From a virus (lineage: Duplodnaviria > Caudoviricetes): 29,203 bases of DNA. How positions within the stretch are numbered: the first letter of the stretch is position 1; the number at the start of each line of letters is the position of its first letter. A model generated the notes under the pieces. It had not been told where the DNA came from. It saw nothing but the letters and a program-made list of their open reading frames with translations, and did no database searches. The translations under genes and the position numbers were made by a program. Positions 17,478 through 26,568 of this stretch are shown here, in pieces. The stretch lies in IMG/VR virus record IMGVR_UViG_3300030372_001086, positions 1 through 29,203 of that record. One strand, written 5' to 3'.

Positions 17478-19649
17478 TTAATTTGCGTAGTCATCCGTGA
17501 GTCTTGTTATTTGTGCCTCTGTTAGACCAACTTTACCTTGTCGTTCTATAGGTTGACCTGATCGATCTCCTCTAATATAGGTAGCGTTTTGTGGTGTAGT
17601 AGCTTGACCAGTTGCATCAGTAAAGTTTCTAATTGCAGATTCTAATTCAGATCCTTCTTTTATATCATAAGAGTTATCATCATACTGTATAAAACTTTCT
17701 TCAAATTTTTTTCTCATATCTTCTTGATTACCTAAGTCTAATTCGCGTATAATGTTTTTAAAATTGTCTCCTTCTCTTTGTGTATAAAAACCTTCTGTTG
17801 GAGGAGGAGACATCATTCCATCTGTAGAACCCATAGGATTTGAAGATCCTTGACTTGAAACAAATCCTATTTCAGGTATAAAAGTATTACCTGTATTATT
17901 ATCTACTGTACCACCTTGATGCATTGTTACATAACTTGGAGTTCTCATTAATCCACCTTGTGCAACAGCAGATACAGCATAGGCAGGTTTACCTTGTAAA
18001 GGATTGTTAAGTCTATTTTCTATGTACTTATCAATAAACCCTACACCAGCTACATAAGTTTTATCTTCTTTTTCTGGGCTTAGTTCTTTTTTAATTTCTT
18101 TAGATAGTTTTTTAAATTCTGTTTCATCTTGTGATGATCCTCCGAAATCTCCTACTTCATTAGGATCTGTAATACCACCATAACCTACCTCGTCAGGATC
18201 TTCAGCAGCAGTTGAGGCTGCCGCCTCCGTTGCAGCTTCAGATGGATCGTTTGGAACAAAAACTGGGATACCTTCTGGACTTAACATTTGCTCACCGTTT
18301 TCATCTAATCCTCTACCTGCTTCCTGTAGGGCTTTGATCTCATCTTCTTGTAGGTAAGCCATTAGATGAGGTACACCATTAAACTCTTGAGCTACAGGAG
18401 CATTCATCATAGGTGCTTCTGGCATTGGTTCAACTTCTTCTGGAGGCATCTCATCAGCTAACTCAGGAGGCATAGCCATTTCAGGTTCTTCAGATGGCAT
18501 CTCTTCCATCATCATATCTTCCATTTGCATAGGCATACCACCTTCTTGCATAGCCATTCTAAGACTTCCGTCTGGTCCTATAACCATACCACCTTCAGCC
18601 ATTACTGGTTTATTCTCTGGATTAAGTATGGGGGAACTAACTGGACTATCTTTATCAGTCATACCACCCTCTGCCATTTGAGTCATCATGGGATCTACCT
18701 TTTCTATTTGTACTGTTTCTATTATTGCTACTTTATCGTCAGATTTTTCTTTCTGATCTTCTTGAGGTTTCTGAGGTCTACCATCCTCATCTACGTCTAC
18801 TATAAGTCCTTCATCCTCCATACAAGCTAGACCATGTTTAGCCTCTTGCATCATTGCTCGTATTTTATCTAGCCCAACATATCTTACGACATCTGCTGGT
18901 ATTACAAATTCTCCCTCAGAGATCATTGCAGGTATATCGTCTGCTACTTCTGATGGTGTTGAACCTACTGGTGGATCGTTTTTCATGGGTGTACCGCCTT
19001 TGTTAAAATCTACTGCACCTACTTTTCTTATTTTATCTAGATGTTCTGGAAAAACCATAATCTGTTTAGATCTGTCTTTAAAACTGTCAAAAACTACAGA
19101 ATCATATCCTTCTGCTTTTATCTTATCTATGTTCTTTTTTAAATCTCTTCTTTGTTTATCTGTTTTAACCACATAAGGATTTATTACATCTAAAGTAAAT
19201 TCTTTTATATTTTGACCTTCATTTTTAAGAGGTATACCTTCAACATTTTTATTATTTAATACACCATCTACTTTTACTATTTCACCTTTAAAATTATGTA
19301 CTGCACCTTCTTTTATTTCTTTAGGGGTAACTACTTTTTTTTCTAATAACTCTGGTAGTCTAGCTCTTTGTTCAGGAGTAAGTTTTTCTAATTGATTTAT
19401 AGCTCTCATGTTTGCATATTCTTTTGCAATCTTAGGATCTATAGTAAAATAAAAACCTTCTCCTAAAAACTGATCTTGCTTACGAGCAGTACCAATATCC
19501 ATTGTTTGATATTCTTTATTTGATCCGTGAAATACTCGTAACCCACCTTCTTTCGGTTGGTCTGGTAAGTCTTTCTTTACCTTATCTGGTAAGTCATCAA
19601 ATATTTTTCTTAAAAAGTTTACAACATAGTTTACTGTAGATTTTTTCAT
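17478..19649 (-). CDS. Multidomain head-module protein with N-terminal ADP-ribosyltransferase-like (ART-PolyVal-type) domain (723 aa)
   Basis: VFHGS...GEGFYFT...AKEYA...GYDSVVF...QIMVF motif series; central DDIPAMISEGEFVIPADVV domain; repeated MxxGG motifs. Confidence 0.6.
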   Translation of the reverse strand: MKKSTVNYVVNFLRKIFDDLPDKVKKDLPDQPKEGGLRVFHGSNKEYQTMDIGTARKQDQFLGEGFYFTIDPKIAKEYANMRAINQLEKLTPEQRARLPELLEKKVVTPKEIKEGAVHNFKGEIVKVDGVLNNKNVEGIPLKNEGQNIKEFTLDVINPYVVKTDKQRRDLKKNIDKIKAEGYDSVVFDSFKDRSKQIMVFPEHLDKIRKVGAVDFNKGGTPMKNDPPVGSTPSEVADDIPAMISEGEFVIPADVVRYVGLDKIRAMMQEAKHGLACMEDEGLIVDVDEDGRPQKPQEDQKEKSDDKVAIIETVQIEKVDPMMTQMAEGGMTDKDSPVSSPILNPENKPVMAEGGMVIGPDGSLRMAMQEGGMPMQMEDMMMEEMPSEEPEMAMPPELADEMPPEEVEPMPEAPMMNAPVAQEFNGVPHLMAYLQEDEIKALQEAGRGLDENGEQMLSPEGIPVFVPNDPSEAATEAAASTAAEDPDEVGYGGITDPNEVGDFGGSSQDETEFKKLSKEIKKELSPEKEDKTYVAGVGFIDKYIENRLNNPLQGKPAYAVSAVAQGGLMRTPSYVTMHQGGTVDNNTGNTFIPEIGFVSSQGSSNPMGSTDGMMSPPPTEGFYTQREGDNFKNIIRELDLGNQEDMRKKFEESFIQYDDNSYDIKEGSELESAIRNFTDATGQATTPQNATYIRGDRSGQPIERQGKVGLTEAQITRLTDDYAN

Positions 19650-19873
19650 GGGTACTTTCTATCTGCTGCTGCTTTAACTTCAATCTGCATATCTTTTATC
19701 TTTCTTAACATATGCAGTTTACCTTGAGCTTTCCACATCTGCACTTCACTTTCGCCTTGCTCAAACTCTCTAATTGTATCATTAATCTTACTGTCTATGT
19801 AGCTTTGAAATAGCTCATTGAAGTCGGGTTGATTGACCAGTGGGAGGAGTGACTGGGCGAGGTTGCGGTGCAT
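19646..19873 (-). CDS. Small hypothetical protein downstream of portal (75 aa, MHRNLAQSLL...)
   Basis: Start reassigned from 19933 to ATG 19873, which has AAGGAG 6 nt upstream; QMWKAQGKLHMLRKI helix. Confidence 0.7.
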   Translation of the reverse strand: MHRNLAQSLLPLVNQPDFNELFQSYIDSKINDTIREFEQGESEVQMWKAQGKLHMLRKIKDMQIEVKAAADRKYP

Positions 19874-22010
19874 TGGCGGCTCCTTGTTGTGGTGCAGGTC
19901 TACGTTGTTGTTGTCCAGCATTAGCTCCACCACCTGTTGGGAAACCTTGCTGTCCTGGTCCTGGAGCAGTACCTACACCTATATTACCTCCTCCACCTCC
20001 AGTAGGATCATTTGGATTAGCTCCTGCTGGTGGACCTTCTGGTTGCATTTGTTGTTGCATCTGTTGCATTAGTACTGCCTGACGCATTGCTTCTTCTGGA
20101 TTGTTTGTAATCTTATCTACATCCAGATCCATTGTTCTGCCAATCTCCCTCATGATATATGGAAACTTGGCAAATGGGGCGAGGACAGGATTACTTGCAA
20201 TTTGTAAGAATGTTATTAGACGTTGTGATCTAACTTCGTTCTTCATAAAGCTCTCTGTACCTCTAGCCCTAACTTCTAAATCACCTTTAATGTCTGAGTC
20301 AAAGTCAAACTGCATATTAAATGCAAACAGTGCTTCACCCATAGGGCGTAACATATAGTCATCAATATTTTTGATAACTGTACGAATAGAACTGGTGGCT
20401 GCTCCCATTAGCATTGAGATACCTGATGCGGTCCTACCAGTACCTTGAACACCTGTTTGCCCATACGAGTAAGACGGTAATCCAGTTGACTCATCTGCTA
20501 ACACCCTAGCCTTGTCAAACAACTGCATATTCTCACTACTTACATTGGGAAACTTAGTACCAAAGATAGCCTGTCCTGGTGCGCCACCTTGTCTCCTGAA
20601 AATTTTTCCTGGATATACTGTCAAGTCTTGGCCTGGAACTAGGTTAGACTCATCTACTTCTATAAGTAAATTACCAGATAATACCGCATTATCAACAGCA
20701 AGGCGCATAAAGCCATTCATCAATGTCTGAGTATCATCCATGTTTTCTGCCAAACCAATACCAAAGAAACTATATGGGTTAATTTCGTATGGTGCAGAAC
20801 AGTACGGAATACGCTTGGGTGTAAATGGATTTATTACTAGTCGTAGTATTTCATCATTACATACCCAACAGTTGATCTGTATCTCTTCTTTCTTTCTTAG
20901 TTCCTTTGGTAGTTTGATACCTGCCTCTTTAGCTATCTCAGTATCTACTGTACCCCAGAACTCTACAACTTCAAATCTTTCTACTCCACCGTAGGAATCA
21001 CCACCATCAGAGTCTATACCATAGCTATCTGATTCTATGTCATCTTCCCACCACTCACGAGTATAACTCTCACCATACTCTATGGCTCGTTCTATTGCTT
21101 TCATTCTAAAGAATGGACGCTTCTTTAATGCTCTAACCTGAGATCGTGTCATACGATGACGCTCAATAACATACATAGAGTCTTCCATGTTAAGAGCATC
21201 AGGATCTGGGTAGAAGTTCCATATAGATGTATACTCTACTTTAGGTATAGTCTTAACAAGTGGCTCATAGTCACCATTATCATTCCAATTAGGATATTCT
21301 TTATTAAAAGCAAACGGACCCTTCATTATACCTGTACCAAACAGGACACATTCAAATGCAGAGAACCTAAGATGCTTGGTAGCAGCTGACTCTTCTAGTT
21401 GATCCCTAATCTTCTTCTCCATTTTCTTAGCAGCAATCATAGCTGGTTCAAATGTAATAGAAGATTGAGTTTGACCTACACCTGTCTCTAAGTTTTCTAT
21501 ATCTCTTAGTTTGTTTTCTAGTGGACCTAGCTTGGCTAGTAGTGTATCAGCAGTATCACCAGCATTAAAGTCTTTACCGTCACCATTAAATCCATACACT
21601 AATGGAAGATCAAGCATTTCTGGCTCTTCTTCCATACCAGCAGGTTTTTTAGGGTCGATATGGGCAGCATCAACTACACCCTCTGGTAATGTAGTAGGTT
21701 CTACACCGATTGGAAATCTATTTTGGCTAAACAATACGTCACATAGCTGACTAAACGCTGCCAGTACTTTTGTTTTAGTTACCTTAATAAAGACACGAGA
21801 CTTCTCAGCATCTGTAAACTTAACATCAGGACCATAGATACCTCTATAGTTTCTATAAGATTGTAACCACCGTGTTTCATCTGTATATCGTGCAGTCTTA
21901 GCAGTTGTAAATTTTTTATCTATATAACTTATAAGATCATCGTATTCAGTAGATTGATTAGAATCTTCTAGTGCAGTATTCTCATCAGTATCTAAAAAAT
22001 CATCAGCCAT
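19815..22010 (-). CDS. Portal protein (731 aa)
   Basis: Follows TerL; KVTKTKV, FGTGIMKGP, YPGKIF, RTASGISML motifs; Q/P/G-rich tail. Confidence 0.9.
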   Translation of the reverse strand: MADDFLDTDENTALEDSNQSTEYDDLISYIDKKFTTAKTARYTDETRWLQSYRNYRGIYGPDVKFTDAEKSRVFIKVTKTKVLAAFSQLCDVLFSQNRFPIGVEPTTLPEGVVDAAHIDPKKPAGMEEEPEMLDLPLVYGFNGDGKDFNAGDTADTLLAKLGPLENKLRDIENLETGVGQTQSSITFEPAMIAAKKMEKKIRDQLEESAATKHLRFSAFECVLFGTGIMKGPFAFNKEYPNWNDNGDYEPLVKTIPKVEYTSIWNFYPDPDALNMEDSMYVIERHRMTRSQVRALKKRPFFRMKAIERAIEYGESYTREWWEDDIESDSYGIDSDGGDSYGGVERFEVVEFWGTVDTEIAKEAGIKLPKELRKKEEIQINCWVCNDEILRLVINPFTPKRIPYCSAPYEINPYSFFGIGLAENMDDTQTLMNGFMRLAVDNAVLSGNLLIEVDESNLVPGQDLTVYPGKIFRRQGGAPGQAIFGTKFPNVSSENMQLFDKARVLADESTGLPSYSYGQTGVQGTGRTASGISMLMGAATSSIRTVIKNIDDYMLRPMGEALFAFNMQFDFDSDIKGDLEVRARGTESFMKNEVRSQRLITFLQIASNPVLAPFAKFPYIMREIGRTMDLDVDKITNNPEEAMRQAVLMQQMQQQMQPEGPPAGANPNDPTGGGGGNIGVGTAPGPGQQGFPTGGGANAGQQQRRPAPQQGAANAPQPRPVTPPTGQSTRLQ

Positions 22011-23825
22011 TTAGTATCCAAACATATTATCAGAAGGTTTCCAGCGTTGTTTGGGAACATTTTCCCATGCTGTAGTCTTATTTATTGGTCTTGACATTAC
22101 CATATACCTTAGTGCGTCATATAGATGATCTTCAGATTTTGTATCTACATCCTCTGGATTACGTCTATCTAACGGTAGTGCAGGTAGCTGACTTATTAAG
22201 TTACGGCAACTATCCATTATAATTAATTTAGGTTCTTCTGTATCTTCATCTAACTGTAGACGCTTGTGCATCTCTATCTTACCTGCTACCCTAGATCCTG
22301 AAGATCTGTCAGAAGGTCTAAATCTACATCCTTCTCTATTCATAGTCTCCGCTATTGATGGACCTACGTCACCTCGCTTGGCCCAACAGGAACTGTCTAG
22401 TACAGCATCATATATCTTACCGTCTGGTTCTTCAGCATCTAGTATAGCCCATGCTAACTTGTCTGCTGTCAGCTTATTAACATATAACTCACGATAGATC
22501 CAAAGAACATCATCGTAATCAATAGCTCCCCAAAGAACAGCAGAATGAGAAGAATAACCAAAGTCGCATGATCTGATCTTAGTCCATCCACTAGGTACTT
22601 CAAATGCTTCGACCGTGTGAATATCTTTATCAAATTCTGGAAACGCTCCATCCTCGACAACATCCCAATTCCCATATAAAAACTGTTGGCGTTTGGTCTC
22701 TGGTAGTGACCCCAACATTGATACATAACTATGGTCTTGTGTCAAGTACGGATTATCCCATACTGACGCTGCAATAAACTTACGACTAATACCAGATACT
22801 ATTTCTTGACCATTAGCAGTAAATCTTACTTCTTCTACAAACCTTTTACCTTGTGGTGCAGGGTCTATAAACATTTTCTTAACCCATGCAGATCCTATAT
22901 TTCCTGGATTACCAGTTGCCCTCATCTGCAAAGGTATACTTGTGTCTACTGTTCTTAACGATGACCTAAGAAAATGCCATATATCTGAGTTGCCATATTG
23001 CGGAAGCTCGTCCACACCGATCCATGTATATGATTGGCCCTGATATCTAAGTGCATCTTGTAAGTTTTCACAGTATCCAAACTCTATTCTTGCTCCACTT
23101 GGAAAGTGCCAAGTGTTTTCTTGTGCCTTAAACTTAGCACCTTTAAATGCTTTAGGATATATCTGTTGTGTCTGAAAGATAACATCCCTTAACTCTGGCA
23201 TAGACCTACGCAATAGTAATGCCCTATGTGCAGATTTATGTGCAAACCTTAATGGTGCTATTAATAGACTATAGGTTTTACCTCCACCTCTAGCCCCACC
23301 ATAAAATACTTCTCGTTCTCCTGATGCCAGAAACTCTGTCTGTGGACCTTTATTAGGTTTAAATGCAACTTCCTGTTCTGGTGCAACTGTATCGTTAGGA
23401 AACTCAAATGTCTCTTGTTCTATATCACTAGGTTTAGCAATGGCTTTTTTAAGTCTACGTTTTGCCTGTTCTGCTTTAATGCTAGTCTGTTTAACTGTAT
23501 TCTTGAGTCGGTTGACTTTCTTCTGTTGTTTATTGAGATTGGCTTCTCTTTTCTCTCTACGAGCATCAAGTTCTTCTTTTGTCCAAGCCAATTTGTGTAG
23601 TCTGGTAGCAGATAATTTCCTATTGGTTTCATTTTCTAACCACCCTGCAACCTTTCTTACTGGTTGTTGATCTTCTCTAATCTTTACTATGGCTTCTTCT
23701 AGCTTAGTCAGTACCTCTGCATCTGGGTAATAGAAAGATTTATCTTGACCTTTGTTAGCTGGATCATAACCATATGGCGTTATACCTACGGCTGGTATTG
23801 GTTTAGTCTTACTCCTCGTCTTCAT
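22011..23825 (-). CDS. terL: Terminase large subunit with ~150-aa N-terminal extension (604 aa)
   Basis: Walker A GGARGGGKT, Walker B WIGVDE, coupling motif TGNPG, nuclease motifs DFG and DHLYDALRY. Confidence 0.93.
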   Translation of the reverse strand: MKTRSKTKPIPAVGITPYGYDPANKGQDKSFYYPDAEVLTKLEEAIVKIREDQQPVRKVAGWLENETNRKLSATRLHKLAWTKEELDARREKREANLNKQQKKVNRLKNTVKQTSIKAEQAKRRLKKAIAKPSDIEQETFEFPNDTVAPEQEVAFKPNKGPQTEFLASGEREVFYGGARGGGKTYSLLIAPLRFAHKSAHRALLLRRSMPELRDVIFQTQQIYPKAFKGAKFKAQENTWHFPSGARIEFGYCENLQDALRYQGQSYTWIGVDELPQYGNSDIWHFLRSSLRTVDTSIPLQMRATGNPGNIGSAWVKKMFIDPAPQGKRFVEEVRFTANGQEIVSGISRKFIAASVWDNPYLTQDHSYVSMLGSLPETKRQQFLYGNWDVVEDGAFPEFDKDIHTVEAFEVPSGWTKIRSCDFGYSSHSAVLWGAIDYDDVLWIYRELYVNKLTADKLAWAILDAEEPDGKIYDAVLDSSCWAKRGDVGPSIAETMNREGCRFRPSDRSSGSRVAGKIEMHKRLQLDEDTEEPKLIIMDSCRNLISQLPALPLDRRNPEDVDTKSEDHLYDALRYMVMSRPINKTTAWENVPKQRWKPSDNMFGY

Positions 23826-24192
23826 CTTCGTCTTTATTTAGTGGAGGTAAGACAACTACGGCTGATGGTGTACCCTTATGCTCTATCTTTTCAGTACGGA
23901 CTAATCCTACTCTGTCTAGTACTTCTTTGGATGCTGCCAGTCTTTCCCTGTTACCTAATGCACTAGGATCATCAATGACGTTAACCATAGACAGTACGGC
24001 TTTAGGTGCATTGGCTGCTAGTACATATTCGGCTCGTTCTATTATTTCTTCTTTAAGCCTTTTGATTATTCTGGCAGGATACTCTGACTTAGAATACCCT
24101 GCACTGTCCATAGCAGCCCGAAAGTTACCATTTGCATCGTTAAACAAAGCGTCTAGAAATAGACTTTCCTTTTCAGTTAGGCTAGTCTTCAC
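23809..24192 (-). CDS. terS: Probable terminase small subunit (127 aa)
   Basis: LTEKESLF...AAMDSAGYS HTH-like N-terminus; ASKEVLDRVG motif; overlaps terL start. Confidence 0.7.
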   Translation of the reverse strand: MKTSLTEKESLFLDALFNDANGNFRAAMDSAGYSKSEYPARIIKRLKEEIIERAEYVLAANAPKAVLSMVNVIDDPSALGNRERLAASKEVLDRVGLVRTEKIEHKGTPSAVVVLPPLNKDEDEDEE

Positions 24193-25709
24193 TTACCCAT
24201 ACCTCTTCTGGTAAATCCACCATACCGCATTCCGTATGTTTTCTTAGGAGCCTTGTACATTCCACCTTTACCGAATGCTTTAGCTCTAGGCATACCACCC
24301 TTACGGAGATTTAAATCATCTTCTGGGTTACGCATACCTTCGTCAGTAGAATCTACAGTAAATTCACCAAATCGTGTTTTATATTTTCTTATGCCTTGCT
24401 CAAGAGGTTTTAATGTGCTTTTAGTTTTATTGAGTTGGCTTTCTCGCCTACGCTTTACGTCTTTGCTTTCCCCTTTAGCTTTTTTAGGTTTTTTCTTTTC
24501 AGTAGGTGCAGAACTAGGATCTTCTGTTCCTATTTCATCTTTCTTACTTTTCATAGGAGCATTCATTTCTCCTGTAGGTTTTTTGTCTTTAGGTGCTGGT
24601 TTAGTTGATTTAGTTGCAGCGTTTACTTGAGAAACTTCTAAATTTCCCTTACCTGAAACAGCTGCTGCTGCTCCAGTAAAAGCTATACCTGCAACAGCTA
24701 AAGCTAATTTTTCTTTTTCAGTAAGAGGTGATCCTGATTTTATTTTCTTTTTACCAGATGCAACTAAACTTCTCTGTCCTACTGGTACAAGAGATCTATT
24801 TGTAGGTATTGGATTATTATCTGTTTTAGTTACTGCTGTAGTTTGGTTATTTTTTGGTTTAGTTGTTTTACTTTTCTTTACTTTTTTAACTTCGTTTGCT
24901 CTTGCTGCACGATTATTTGTTTTAGGTGCTTCTGTTTTAGGTGCTTCTGTTTTAGGTGCTTCTGTTTTAGTTTTAGTTTTAGCTTTTTCTAGAGCTTCTC
25001 TACCTTTTCTTACTTGAGTTGTTTCTGAAGCTCTATCTATTGTTTTTTGTGCTTTTTGAGCTGCTTCTTCAATACCTTTTATACTTTTTATAGTTCCTTT
25101 TTTAATCCTACCTATAAGTTTAGCTTGAACTGCATCGGGTAGATCTTGAAATACTTTAAAAGCGTCATCTGTTAATTTAGAACTTCCAAATATTAGTGCT
25201 TGGGCTGACTTAAATCCTGCTCCTTTTGACATTGTTTTATTTCCTTTTAGTTTGTTATATGCTGCTTGTACACCTGCCTGTACGTTTTTTGGTAATTGTG
25301 TTATTAACTTAGGGTTTTTAGCTATTTTGTATGCTAGTCCTACACCTGTTAAACCTAAACCTATGTTAGATAGATCATCAGCAAAACTTACTATATCATA
25401 TTTAGTAGGATCATCTATAGCACTTGCAAATTCTCTTTTTTTTGTTTCAGGGTTATATATACCTTTTGAGTACCCTGCTAGTTTTGCTCTTTTTAATTTA
25501 TCTTTTCTGGTAGTATCCATAGACTCAAATAACTGGTTATCTGTTCTAGTAGTTAATCCCATTTCTTTAGCTTTAACACGGAGTGACTGTAGCAGTTTTG
25601 AGTTTCTAGCAAAATCAGCATCAGTAGTACTATTAATAAAGTTTTTTTCAACTTCGTTAAGTCTACTTTTCATTTGTTTTTGTCTAAGACTTAATTTAGG
25701 AGGAGCCAT
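24189..25709 (-). CDS. Lys-rich hypothetical protein (506 aa)
   Basis: Long ORF coupled to both neighbours; two short hydrophobic segments; three C-terminal xxxGG motifs. Confidence 0.75.
   Translation of the reverse strand: MAPPKLSLRQKQMKSRLNEVEKNFINSTTDADFARNSKLLQSLRVKAKEMGLTTRTDNQLFESMDTTRKDKLKRAKLAGYSKGIYNPETKKREFASAIDDPTKYDIVSFADDLSNIGLGLTGVGLAYKIAKNPKLITQLPKNVQAGVQAAYNKLKGNKTMSKGAGFKSAQALIFGSSKLTDDAFKVFQDLPDAVQAKLIGRIKKGTIKSIKGIEEAAQKAQKTIDRASETTQVRKGREALEKAKTKTKTEAPKTEAPKTEAPKTNNRAARANEVKKVKKSKTTKPKNNQTTAVTKTDNNPIPTNRSLVPVGQRSLVASGKKKIKSGSPLTEKEKLALAVAGIAFTGAAAAVSGKGNLEVSQVNAATKSTKPAPKDKKPTGEMNAPMKSKKDEIGTEDPSSAPTEKKKPKKAKGESKDVKRRRESQLNKTKSTLKPLEQGIRKYKTRFGEFTVDSTDEGMRNPEDDLNLRKGGMPRAKAFGKGGMYKAPKKTYGMRYGGFTRRGMGK
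24918..24970. repeat. 3.5 x 15-bp perfect tandem repeat (TGTTTTAGGTGCTTC) encoding KTEAP
   Basis: Read directly from sequence. Confidence 0.95.
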
Positions 25710-25867
25710 TATTTTCCTTTACCAATACCATTAAATAAATCAAATAAGGTACGGACTTTCTCCTTGAGGATTTCCGTATCTGAATGTAGTTTAGCTAAGA
25801 TTACTATTAGTGTTATTAACCCAAATACGATGGGCCATATACTTGTCGCTACCTCTACTATTTCCAT
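25709..25867 (-). CDS. 52-aa single-transmembrane peptide (MEIVEVATSIWPIVFGLITLIVILAKLHSDTEILKEKVRTLFDLFNGIGKGK); holin-like candidate
   Basis: Below ORF-track cut-off; fills the gap between two genes; stop overlaps the next ATG (TAATG). Confidence 0.75.
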   Translation of the reverse strand: MEIVEVATSIWPIVFGLITLIVILAKLHSDTEILKEKVRTLFDLFNGIGKGK

Positions 25868-25870
25868 GTG

Positions 25871-26116
25871 TCATGTTCTTCTGGTTTTTCTCTTTGGCTG
25901 CATACGCCTATTCGCTCTTTTAGATATTACGGCTAAATTACTACGCCTATTATCTTGTGCATTACCATTCTTATGATGTACTTCCATACCTTTTGGTGGT
26001 TTTAATTTACTGTTAGCAGCATTACGAGATGCCCTACGTTTCTTCTGTTTAGGTTTAGCATGATACTCATCATACTCTTTCCTATAGTTGCGCTTTCGTT
26101 TAGCTGTAGGAGCCAC
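25871..26116 (-). CDS. Small HNH endonuclease-like protein (81 aa)
   Basis: EVHHKNGNAQDNRRSNL...ANR beta-beta-alpha-metal motif; lies near the terminase genes. Confidence 0.75.
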   Translation of the reverse strand: MAPTAKRKRNYRKEYDEYHAKPKQKKRRASRNAANSKLKPPKGMEVHHKNGNAQDNRRSNLAVISKRANRRMQPKRKTRRT

Positions 26117-26375
26117 TTTTTTTGCCTTTATATAATGGTCCTTTTTTAAGTACTCTTAATGTACCACCACCTTTTAATCCTCTTTTATTTATTATTTTTA
26201 AAGCGTCACGAGTTTTACCCTTATACTTTCCAGACATATCTTTACTATCTACTAGTTTTTCAACTGCATCTATAGCATCTTGTAAAGGTTCGTCAGGTCT
26301 ATACTTTCTTCTTTCTGCAAGAAAAGCATCAAACATTTCGCTTTTTTTATTTTTTGTTTTACTAGTCATATTCAT
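26100..26375 (-). CDS. Basic hypothetical protein (~90 aa)
   Basis: First ORF after promoter 26515-26543; start may be 26369. Confidence 0.65.
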   Translation of the reverse strand: MNMTSKTKNKKSEMFDAFLAERRKYRPDEPLQDAIDAVEKLVDSKDMSGKYKGKTRDALKIINKRGLKGGGTLRVLKKGPLYKGKKSGSYS

Positions 26376-26383
26376 ATCCTAAT

Positions 26384-26424
26384 AAAAGAAAGGGGGAGGT
26401 AACTGCTTAACCTTCAACCCCTTT
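26384..26424 (-). terminator. Terminator/attenuator-like hairpin in leader
   Basis: Minus strand AAAGGGG..AGGT-loop-ACCT..CCCCTTT followed by CTTTT. Confidence 0.5.
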
Positions 26425-26514
26425 AAATGCAATCACTGGACCCTAGAAGGTCATACTTCTAACCACGAACCCCTCAAGATAAAGATTAAAAGTACGCAGT
26501 TTTATTAGTTTCGT

Positions 26515-26543
26515 ATTATAACATATGTATATATCACTGTCAA
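26515..26543 (-). promoter_or_regulatory. Consensus sigma70 promoter for packaging operon
   Basis: TTGACA-17 bp-TATAAT with TGn extended -10. Confidence 0.88.
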
Positions 26544-26568
26544 GTAAAAAATGATACTAGTAATAACT

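Noticed and set aside
1832-26382. Plus-strand and nested alternative-frame ORFs in the track (e.g. 9925-10701, 9502-9894, 25252-25734, 1832-2167)
   Set aside because: They are shadows of long minus-strand genes caused by codon bias; I saw no recognisable motifs in them.
26430-26480. preQ1 or SAM-II/V riboswitch in the packaging-operon leader
   Set aside because: GGTTCG is present, but the required P1 stem, A-rich tail and pseudoknot consensus are not.
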